DNA of 64,000 nucleotides from Catajapyx aquilonaris (lineage: Eukaryota). A program made the position numbers and the translations under genes. Of this stretch, positions 50,534-61,224 are shown piece by piece; within the stretch, counting starts at the first letter, position 1; the number at the start of each line of letters is the position of its first letter. Location: NCBI GenBank assembly GCA_000934665.2, contig JYFJ02001298.1:1-64000 (forward strand), given 5' to 3'. A model generated the notes under the pieces. The model saw nothing but the letters and a program-made list of their open reading frames with translations, did not search any database and was not told the origin of the DNA.

Positions 50534-53500
50534 CCTGCGACCTTTGTAATATAATCCGAATTCGACCAAAATGCCGGGTGTCGAACTCGTGACCCCCGGG
50601 CTGCACACGTGGGACGAACCAAGGCTCTTTTTACCTAACCTTTCTCCTCATTAGTTAAGACCCTAGCTGGCACATGTCCCGTTATAATTACCCCTCCGGC
50701 TAAATCTGACCGCAAGCAGCAAAGTGACATCACATATAATCTCCTCATTTGTTAAAAACGGCGTCATTATAGCACCTGAGGGTGCCATGTCTGGAGGCAT
50801 CAAAAGAGACAATAAGGTGTCCGGTGCGGGGGTGTGTCTGTGGACAGCTTCCTCAGCATCACCCACTCCCTTTCATATATAATATTGGGGCTGGCGATGG
50901 GGGGGTCAGTGTTCGAATCCGGAACCCGATCCTTTGGCGAAAGTGCCTGTCTATAATAGGGGATGCAGCATCAGCACAGGAGTATTGCGGTGTGCGTGTG
51001 GATTGGTGTTGGAGGAGCAGCAGGCAGCAGCCACAGCAGGTAACAGGGTGTGGGTGGTAAAAGGCGGGGGTGTGTGGGTCGGAAAAGAGCGATAGGGGAA
51101 GGGAGCAGTGGATATGATGTGGATGGGGGCAGGGAGGGAGGGAACGACGCCCACCCGGACAGGTGAGCATGGGTAAAAGGAGCGGGGCAGTGGCGCCGGG
51201 ACGGAGACGCCAGAGCGCCGGGGACTCCGGGCCATGTGCCTTTCGCTGGCTCTCAAAGTGAGTGCGTGTGTGTCACAGTGACTTTTCTTACATCTTCCCG
51301 GTGAGTGATCTGCACAGTATATATTACACACACACACACATGGATAGAGAGTGCACGTTGCAACCCAACCATACCCTTCATAATGTCACGTGGCTCAGGC
51401 GATCGAACCTGAACTTGACCTGCAGTAAGCTCTCGTGGATTTTTCTGCCGCCATCGATTTTTTATTGGCACGCACTTTTTGTGTGTGTTAAAATTAAAGG
51501 CGTGTACAGTATATTACTGTAATGCGAATTGCGTGATTTTAGGATTGTTTGAATCCTCCGTGTCACACACATCAGTAGCATTCAGCCAGACACCTAATAT
51601 TACGCCACATTGCAATATTCACTTTCACTTTTTTTCCACGTTGGAAAATTGGGCAAATTTGGAAGGTGTCCTTCTTCATTACTCGTATAAACTCATAGAA
51701 AATATGCAGCTATTTATGTCATATTACAATGTTTTAAATGGTCCGTCACGCTGGGACCTGGACCTATAGAATGTGTTTCATTTCTGAGATGTGTTTGTCC
51801 TATGCTTTTGATCATCTTCAGTGTGTCTCTTGCCCTTTGGCAGTTATGTTATACTGTATATATGCTGTGGATGGTGGGTGGGTGGGCGTGGGAGGCGAGT
51901 TCAGTTTTGTTGGGTGGTGTCTTTTGCTGGATTTGTGAAATGTCAGCTTTTCTGCATGCTGCTTAGTAAGGTAATTCTTACGATGGCCTCTTCGATGCCA
52001 TTATCTTGTTGGAATTTGCCGGTTGCTGATTTTATCCTGTGTTCACTTACGATAAGGAGGAGACGTCACTCAAGTGCCACCCGCCCACTAACAGTTGAGG
52101 TGAGAAAAACAGGTTCGGTTATTGCCAAATGCCAATAAGCTGCCCCTATCGGTTGAATAACAAGTAACATCAGTCATGGATTAGGCATATTATGTGAATT
52201 TTTATCTGCGTCTTCCGGCGGTGAGTAACATAACTGTTTGTCAGTATATCAAGATATAGGTGAAGTAATGGGGGTAATGGCCCCTGTTGCGTACAATTTA
52301 CACATATACTATTATTTGAGAACGAATCGCCATCGTGCATGTACACAGACTAGGTCGAATTGAAGTGATAGCTTTGGGTGTCCATCCGGGTATGCATAAG
52401 TCTTTATCGCTTCGAGGTGCAGAGTGAGGGTGGACATAATCCAGAGGATCAAAGTCGGAAGTGGTGGGTTGAAAAAGCAAGAAGACAGCACACTGCTTAT
52501 AATTCTCAATATGTACAAGAAGAAATGGCATTAGGACTTAACGACACTAATTACCTAAAATTGATAAAAACTCCAACTAATAATTAGTAATTTACTCAAC
52601 ATGGTTTTTTTTCGCAATAGCAGAGACAGTTGCACGTTTTATCTGTACAAATGGATTCCCATTTACCTTATCAACATTGGCCTCCATTGGGCGGGCAAAG
52701 GCGATCAACTGACAGAATGGCCGGTTGATTGACAATACATTGTGGCATGAGAAACGTAAATTTACACTACTTATGCATGCTTCACGACATTTTGGCTGCA
52801 TCCAAAGTCCACAAGACAATATCTGGAAAAATGTTACCGTAATATCCCACTCAACTCCAATAAAAGCGTAAGGGACAAGTACTACCGCAGTGAGTGTGAG
52901 TGAAAAGGACAATTATTTCGCACCATAACCATTACTAATGTACGGGTACTCTAACAATCTGCATATGTTGGAAGCCATCAAACGACGCTTTCTTCGGCAG
53001 GGTTCCAACGCCACTGTGTATAGCAATGATTTTAGTGCGCATTTTATGTCAAGTGAATAAATGTGTCAACGCCATCGTCGCAGCTGCATTCAGTCCTACA
53101 TATTTTTGTGGCTGGATTTAGCCCACGCTCCAACCGAGTTTTAAATTCACCAAAAATCGCAACTCCGCCGCATCTGGGCCAGCCTTCAGTTGATTTCAGT
53201 CAGGCAGACAAGGCTGGAAGCAAACCATTGTCAGTCACCTTCAAAGAGTACATTGTGCAGCATGGTTTCTCTAAGTAGGAAATACTTCATAAGTCATATC
53301 TAGCCGGAAGTGCAGAAAGAATATAATTGCTATCAAAGGGGCAAGCTACATCACATCAGCCCAGATGGGGACGACTAGAAGTCCGGGTGGTGTGGTGGGG
53401 TTTATGCTATACGAAAAAAATATTTGATATAATAAAAATAAAAAAACGAGGTGGGAATGAGGCTAACGAGTGGCTCGCGCATGCCAACGCCCAGCTCGTC

Positions 53501-53732
53501 TTCTTCCCGCCCAGCTTAGTGCAGCAGCTTTAGCTCCACTGGCATTTGCGCCCATTAAGAGAAGGCAGCCGCGCGCCACACTTATTGCCATATCCTGCTT
53601 TGTCCCCATTGACAGCCGGGGTAAGGGAGGGGGGGATAAAGAGGGGAGGGGGGGGGGCAACATCCCCAAGGATTCCATCAGACTAATCTGCTACTCTTCT
53701 TGGCCTCTCTTGGCTTTCCTTTGCATGTGTAG

Positions 53733-54283
53733 CAATGGTGGAAATTAATAGAGAAGCACAAGTATCGCCGCCTAGCGGAGCTTTTCCTCTATACATGAAG
53801 CAGCTGTAGAGGAAACGCTCCGCTAGGAGAAGTGCAAGTATCGCCACCTAGAGAGGAGCTTTTTCTCTACATCGCTCTAAGCTGCTTCATGACGAGGAAA
53901 AGCTCCTCCAAGCGTCGATACATGTGCTTCTCCTAGCGAAGATTTTCCTCTATGAAGCAGCTTCATGTAGAGCGATGTAGAGAAAAAGCTCCGCTAGGAG
54001 AAGCACAAGTATCGCCGCCTAGCGGAGCTTTTCCTTTACATGAAGCAGCTGTAGAGGAAAATCTTCGCTCTACATGAAGCGGAAACGCTCGTTTCTCCTA
54101 TAGTGGAGCTTTTCCTCTGAAGCAGCTGTAGAGTAGTAGACTGTATAGGAGAAGCTCCGTCAGGAGAAGCACAATATCGTCACCTGGCGGAGCTTTTCCT
54201 CTACATGAAGCAGCTTCATCTATAGAGAGGAAAAGCTCCACAAGGCGGCGATACTTGTGCTTATCCATTAATTTCTATCACTG
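53733..54283. mobile_element. MITE/foldback-like element with TIRs of about 41 bp and internal modular subrepeats
   Basis: The left end CAATGGTGGAAATTAATAGAGAAGCACAAGTATCGCCGCCT matches the reverse complement of the right end, CAGTGATAGAAATTAATGGATAAGCACAAGTATCGCCGCCT. The interior is built of GGAGCTTTTCCTCT..ATGAAGCAGC modules in both orientations. Confidence 0.8.
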
Positions 54284-57200
54284 TACCAGCAACCTCCGAA
54301 CAGGGTCAGATTTTTTTGCAACAATTTCATGAGAACTGGTTATTGATAGTGCACCCTATACAGGCAAGATAGATTTATATAGGCAATGATATGGTCACTA
54401 AAGTGAGAAAGATTGGCATTTTGGTGGTTCCAGTGCTCGGTTATTTGTTTGTTGTTATTTTGCTGGCTAAAATGGGGTTTTACGATACTCTTCCCCGCAG
54501 CGGTTATCGGAGCCACCAAAATGCCGACAGACAACATCCTCGATAGAGCGATGCGGACGACACTTCACCGCCGAGCTGTTCCGAGGGATGCGCCACCTCA
54601 AGAATAAACCCAACAGTGAGTCCTCTCTGTTACGTGTGTTTCAAAACAGTCGTAAATAGGTGTTTATCCGTCAATATGCGCATTAGTCCGACATGTCATG
54701 AACCTCACGGAATCACAAATCAAAAGTGCAGTTTCATTTTATGCGCTTTATCAATATGGCACATGCTGCTCTAAAAGTTTGGTTCTCACGGATTTGTTTT
54801 CCACCGCCTTTTATAAAAGGTGTTTTCCACCAGAAGGTGACTACCGGCGGAACAGGGAAAGACTTGAGACATGATATCTTCACTACGCCAGAAACCATTA
54901 GACCTCTTTTGCTTGATATTGCGTCGAAGTTTAGGATCCATCACATTTGTGCGAAAATGTTGCAGACAAAATACCACGACGCTATTATACTGTACAACCA
55001 AAGGAGTTCCGAGTTTGGTGTTAGGACGTGATAGAAACAAAGAAACTCGCATTATATACAGTATATATAATATGTATCTGAAACTTGAGAAGTCTGTGAT
55101 CAAAAACAGCAACTTGATTGGAAAAAAACTGGTCGTAAAATGAGCAAAAACCGGAACTTTCACTGGTACAATCCTGAAACTTTTTACGCCCATATGTTGC
55201 AACATACGCAAAAGTGCAATAATATTAATACCCAATGACATTCAAATGCATAATAATTGCACTGATGGGGCCATCAGTGGACTTTGCTGTTGTTGTTTAC
55301 TTTGTCACCTTACTGACATATTATACAGTACTGAATATATGTAGCCTATTGTCATTGCATTGTTTTTCTCTCTTAAAATTTTCGCCAGACATATTTGAGA
55401 GTACGCAAGATTCGCACGTGTCGGACCTCGCCTTCTTTGTTTTCTAACTGTCGCCAAAAATATCGCATGCTGTGTGCTGGCCAATGTCCTGCTGCTCTTA
55501 GCCGGTAAATACAGTCAAAGGCACCGACACGAAAAAATCTGGCAGTCATCGCCCAGTGTTGCACTGTTAAAAAACATTTTCCGCTGCCACAAGAAATTGG
55601 CGTGGATGCTGCAAAACTCGTAAGTGGGTGGACTGGGAAATAAAACATTTAAAGGGCATGGAAAGAAAAAAAAACGAGAGAGACAAACTCAACACAGCAA
55701 CACATACACGGCAGTCCAAAATGGGCAGAGGCCAGTTAAGTCCTCCGCCCACTTTTGCCTTACGGGGCAATGTGACGTCGCAAGAAGGCAGCAGGTAGGG
55801 CGCCCACCTGAGCTTATTTACATCCCCCCCCCTCTTCCTCTCAACCTCCCCTACCATTTTACCCCACCCTTTTTACCTTACCCCACCCCCGAAACACAGC
55901 AACAGGTTTTCTCGCTTCCAAATCTGGGGGGGTTAGAGATTGTGACGTCACACGCCAACTTCTTCCATGTGGCCGAGTGTTTGCAATTCATGCACAGAAA
56001 AAAAAAGAAACAACAAGTGTGGCATCCGCCATGTAAAAGAGTAGTAAGGGAAATGACGTCATGTGGCGTCTGCTAAATAGATTTATGCTGTCTGCATTGA
56101 TTCGGGTGTCCCTGGGCCCTGTTACTATGAAGTGTCTTCTACCTCCCTGATGTTTATATAGGCGCGTACGAGTCCCAAAACATAGAGGATGACATCATGA
56201 AATTGATTGCGAATTTATCGTCCTCGTCCGCCTGTACTTTGCACATAAAAAAAATGGGTGCAAGTGGTTGTGGAGTGAGACCAACAGTAGGGGGGGGAGA
56301 GAGTTTGAATGGAGGAGGATTGGAGTGGTTAATGAAAAGAGCAGTGGCAATTGGGCGCACGTGCCCCTCGAGATGAGGAAGTGGGCCGAGCAATTGGGAG
56401 CCCCCCCCCCCTCCCCAACATGATGCCACCCCTCAGTATCATATATCTTTTTTTTAAACACACAAATGACCCCTTGGCGCCGAGGTCAAGGCGGCGCGCG
56501 CAGCCTCCCAATTCTGGTGTCTCAGCTTTCCCCTTCAACATTTTTTCGGTTCCGCGGCCGGATCTTCTGTCGTTTCCAGAGCAACCCGTTTCCCCTTTGT
56601 CTTTCTAACTCTGTTGACCAATGGACCCCTCCAATTAGTTCCTTCAGGTCGAGGTGGCAATGAGAGTTTAGCCAATCAATGTGTTATTTTCTGGTACTGA
56701 ACCATTGGAGCTTAGGATTTGACGCATGATTGGCGATATCTAATACACCCATCGTTCTTCTAAATCGTCACTATTTCTCTGCAATGTACCACGTAGTACT
56801 ATTCTTCACGCAGAGATGGCGCACTCTTTCCCTGCACACTCCTGCCACTAGGACAAACATCCGACGGAGAGGATAAGCGGATGCAGGCCAGCACAATTAA
56901 ACGTCGCCAGTTGAGAAACATTATTTTGATTGCACATGACTAATCCTCATGGCCGCATATAATCGATTCATGTCACGGGTCAGTCATATTTCATTGATCA
57001 ACCCGCACTTGCGGCTGCCATTGGGACGTGTGTGAAGGCCTTTAATTGCATCCGGCTATACAAAACATGTGGGTGAGATACTCAATGAGGCAATGAATGA
57101 ACATCCCCCGAATGAATGAAAATTTTCCTTCAGTTTCAACAAATTGCGTTTTATATAGTACAAACTGCATCTTATCATCGTATAAGGGCAAACCTGATGC

Positions 57201-57891
57201 CGAAAAAAAAATGCTTAACACACCTGTGACGCAATTTGCATCACTGTTGCCAATTATGAGATTGGGTTGTATGGACGTGGGTGGAAAGTAAGGTGGGTGG
57301 GTTGGGTGGGGGACAGTTACTGGGGGGTGGGGGTGAGCGGACTTGGAATGGTTTGGAAAAAAAAAAAGGTTCTGGCTGCTCCTCCCAAAAGGTAAGAAAC
57401 CGGTTTGGCCAGCCGCAGAGAGAAAGATGGATAGAGCCGGACATTTTCATGGGCGAGCCTCTCTTTTGCATCCGCAAGGAGCCACACGATAAATGGCGAG
57501 AGAGATAGTAAGGAGCTGGAAAAAAATATATGTAATATATTAAAGCGCGGTAACGACGCTTAGCGCCGGCGCCAGTAGACGCGCGCCATCACCTCTCCCG
57601 CCAAGCCTTTTTTTTTTTGACTCACTGTTTCCGGAGAGATGCGCTTCTTCCGGAAGCCCCTTCCCTGTTGGATCGACGGGCCAGAGTAGTGAGATAACAA
57701 CATATCTATCTCCACACTTTGCCCCGACGGAAGTAACGCTACGTCACACTATCTATCTGCCTTATCGCAGCCCTTTAGTGTTTGTTTTGCTAATATTCGC
57801 TGTTTGCCAACATACTGTTTTCCTCCATCAATTTTTATGCAATTTTGCCTGTAACCATTGAGTCGAGCTTGACTATAAAACAGTTACAATT

Positions 57892-58332
57892 CCGTCTAAT
57901 GTGGTGAGATTGTGCCAGGTGGGGTGAGATTGTGCCAGGTGGGGTGAGATTGTGCCAGGTGGGGTGAGATTGTGCCAGCGCAATTTTTTTGGACAACACT
58001 AGCGAATTTAGGCATGCTTCACTAGATCGAGGGATAGTCAAGGTTGGTAATGAGTAAAATTCGCTGTAGGGCACACTGTTGTCCCCCTAAAAACGCACTG
58101 GCACAATCTCACCCCAATTGACTGTACATTAACTAGTTAGCAAGCTCAACTTAATAGTTGTTAGTGCATAAAATGCACTGGCATAATCTCACCCCAACTG
58201 GCACAATCTCACCCCAATATATTGTCGGTATACACTAACTGTTTTATAGCTATTTATAACTAGTTATGAAGCTCAACTTAATAGTTATTAGTCCAAACAA
58301 ATGCATTGGCACAATCTCACCACGTTTGACGG
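57892..58332. mobile_element. MITE-like element with TIRs of about 26 bp and a repeated GGGGTGAGATTGTGCCAG motif
   Basis: The left end CCGTCTAATGTGGTGAGATTGTGCCA matches the reverse complement of the right end, CCGTCAAACGTGGTGAGATTGTGCCA. There are four tandem 20-bp units on the left and four inverted copies further right. Confidence 0.75.
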
Positions 58333-59079
58333 CTCTTGTTGTTTACATCTAATATTTAACGTGTAGGTATACACGCTATGAAGCAGGCATCCAATTTGCA
58401 CATCAGTTAACCACCAATAAAAGCGGCCGCCTCTGATATTACTTTACGGCTCAATTACCCCCCGAGTGCACACCTAATAGCAGCTAATAGTTAATACATC
58501 TGTGCTTTTTATATATATAAGTCCGGGCATCCCCCCCCCCCCCCCATCAAAAGAACTAGAAAGTTTTCCATGCCCCGAGGGATCCAAACGGGGGCAGATC
58601 CGCTTCGGGAAGGACACAGGATTGCCAACAGTCCGCGCAGCACAGCATCCACGTGGAAAAAGGGGTCTGGTCTGCTGGGGAAGAGGGCATTAATTCCGGA
58701 AAAGAAGTCGAGAACTTCTGTGTCCTAGGCCAAGGTCCGCCCCCGCAAAAATACAGGCGAAAAAAGGGGACAGCACGGTGGGGGCGTCCTTGGCTGATTC
58801 CAGCGCGTTCCCGACATAACTCTGAGCTCAACACATGCTCTGCCATTACATAATAGCCAGCCCTTTTTCAGTATAGTCCCCCCCCCCCTCCCCATCCCCT
58901 TGCACGTATGCAAACCTGTAGACATCCCCCACCATCCCCATCCCCCCCTTTCCAAACCCACCCACCTTCTCTTCACGTTCCCGAACTCCTCCGACAGGCT
59001 TCTATTTCGCGGGCGTGACTCAGGTTGAGGTCGCGCCAGTTCCAAGTATAGGTGGCAGGGGTGGGGTGTAGTTGAAGTT

Positions 59080-59080
<1 letters not shown>

Positions 59081-59119
<39 letters not shown>
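59081..59119. repeat. (AG)n microsatellite
   Basis: Directly visible in the sequence. Confidence 0.95.
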
Positions 59120-59121
<2 letters not shown>

Positions 59122-59220
59122 ATAACACACGCGAGGCACGCACTCACACGAGGCAGAGTTTCGCCGGGTGTGCACTTGAGAGGGAGGGATCCTCCATGGA
59201 CTCCAGCCTCCGATTAGGAC

Positions 59221-59450
59221 ACTATCAGGAGGTAGGATCCAGCCATAGATTCACATCAAGTGTAAAATAATAACCTATAATGCGAAATATTCACAAGTGT
59301 AGAAAAAAATAATATAATGAAAAATTCGCGATATTTTATTTATAATGGTAACTATCAGTAGGGTCCATCCAGGTTCATATCAGTGTAAATAATAACCTAA
59401 CATGCGAATTTTTCCGCGAGTGTAGAAAAAAATGAATTCGCGATTATTCG
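59221..59450. repeat. Diverged direct duplication of about 100-120 bp
   Basis: ACTATCAG...GTGTAAA(A)TAATAACCTA...ATGCGAA...GTGTAGAAAAAAAT...AATTCGCGAT occurs at about 59221 and about 59351. Confidence 0.7.
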
Positions 59451-60479
59451 TCCATAGTCTATGTTCGCCTCCAAAAAAAAGGAGCTGTTAACAATAATTT
59501 GTGGCGTAGTTCTGTGCCTAAATTATATTGGGTTAGACCTAAAAATTGTGCCTTGTATTTTTACTATGCTGACTAATTTTACGCCAAATTACAAGATAAT
59601 AGTGTGTTATTACACTGAAACTATTGTTAATAGCGGAAAATGTATTCGCGCACTCTATCGTTATCTGCAGTGCAAATCGCATTGAACTATATTACTGAAG
59701 CAAAAAAAAAAACAATCTTATAAGAATGATACGAACTTCCGTTGTATCCTGTAGCTCTATTGCAGGCAAGTTTCGATATACTGTATATTGTTATTACACA
59801 ATATTTATCATAATCAGATGCAAACGTGCGAATTCAACCCTTATGTGCAAAATATCTGCAGATCAGCCTTAAAATCAGGCTCGGTCAATTCGCAAAATCT
59901 GTACGATTTATTGCACCCATTCCGGTGTCCAGTGTCAATTCGCAATTAACCACATGCGATTTACAGCTCACCTTTTTGGCGAAAAGAATTTGCACTCATG
60001 TAACAAAGTGGGCCGGGTGCACACAATCAAAGTTACTAGATCAATTGTTATCATCGCCCACAACAATTCCGATAACAATATTTCCTTCCGGCGCCGATTA
60101 TGTCGCATCTTATCTATATACGATGTCTCATCACGATATACATTTGTTCAAAAAATAAATAAAAAAATGAAGGGTCCATTTGGGGGGGGGGGGGGGGNGT
60201 GGTGCACAATCGTCCAACTTTTTATATCAATATGTTGAGCTACATATGCACATTAAAATCATTGATGTTCTGTTACACTTGGCCGTTTTTGATGTCAGAC
60301 TATTAAGATTTGGGAATTGTTTTTTTTTTTGCAGGGGACATTTTGTGTCACCCTGTACCGAAACCAAAACACTGTATGTTTACCCCTCCCCAAACCTTGT
60401 TTTGCGGGGGAGTAATGGGGTGGAGACCTGAAGAAGAAAAAAAAGAAAAGAAAACGGGGCGGAGGGAACCACGAGTGTC

Positions 60480-60912
60480 CACCCCTGCCGTGACGTCACT
60501 AGCACCGCGTCACGGATCCGTCGGCAAACTTCGGGCTCCGGCGATCTCCTTTTATGGTCCGGCCCGCCTTCCTCGAGCCCCGAAGCATGCATGGGGTGGG
60601 ACAAGGGTCCGGTTTTGAAGCATAGGGGCGGCCCGTGGGGGTACGACCGGGTGGACACTACACTGACCTGATCGACCTTTGACCCGTAACCTGCCTCCCC
60701 CGCGTCGCGTGCGTTTGGAACGAGCGGGAACGCGAATCTCCGCCCAGATGTGACGTCACAGTGACGTCTTCAGAGACGGTGCGGCCGGGGCCGACCGGCG
60801 GGAGGGGCTCGCTGTGCGCGGATTGGCCCGCTGCAGTCCCCCCTCCTAAAAAGGGCGCCGACGCTCCATTCATAAAAGTAGCGAGGGCGGAAGAAGCGCG
60901 TCATTCAGTCGC
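60480..60912 (+). promoter_or_regulatory. Putative promoter with 2 CArG boxes, 2 full CRE sites, a TATA-like box and an initiator
   Basis: TGACGTCA at 60491 and 60751; CCTTTTATGG at 60548; CCTAAAAAGG at 60845; CATAAAA at 60871; TCATTCAGTC at 60901, about 30 bp downstream of the TATA-like box. Confidence 0.7.
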
Positions 60913-61224
60913 GAACTGCAGGTCCTGTTGGAGGTTCACGGGCGTCCTGCACATTCGCACGTGTGTGTCGTGTGTCATATTAGCATAACAAATAAGGGGT
61001 GGTTCGTAAACCCCCGACAACCACCAAATCCCGCCAAGTATGTGCACGTGCTGGTGTTGCTGTTAACATGTGATGATAACACGTGCTGTTTTGTGACAGG
61101 TCGCACGGGAGGTCGGGGCGCCGTGGCCGAGCTGGGCCGCTCCGCCGACGCCCCTTCCAAGAGCCGGAGCAGCAGCCGTAGTCCCCCTGAGACGCCGACG
61201 ACGCTGCCGACGCCGCGCCCGACC

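Noticed and set aside
50378..50622. Poly-Asn and poly-Ile ORFs
   Set aside because: They are translations of the (TAT)n microsatellite.
49130..60200. Single N bases at 49143 and 60198
   Set aside because: Both lie in C or G homopolymer runs and are sequencing or assembly ambiguities.
47000..60400. Many 60-150 aa ORFs in the long non-coding region
   Set aside because: They show no domain similarity or consistent exon chain. The region looks like regulatory DNA with repeats.
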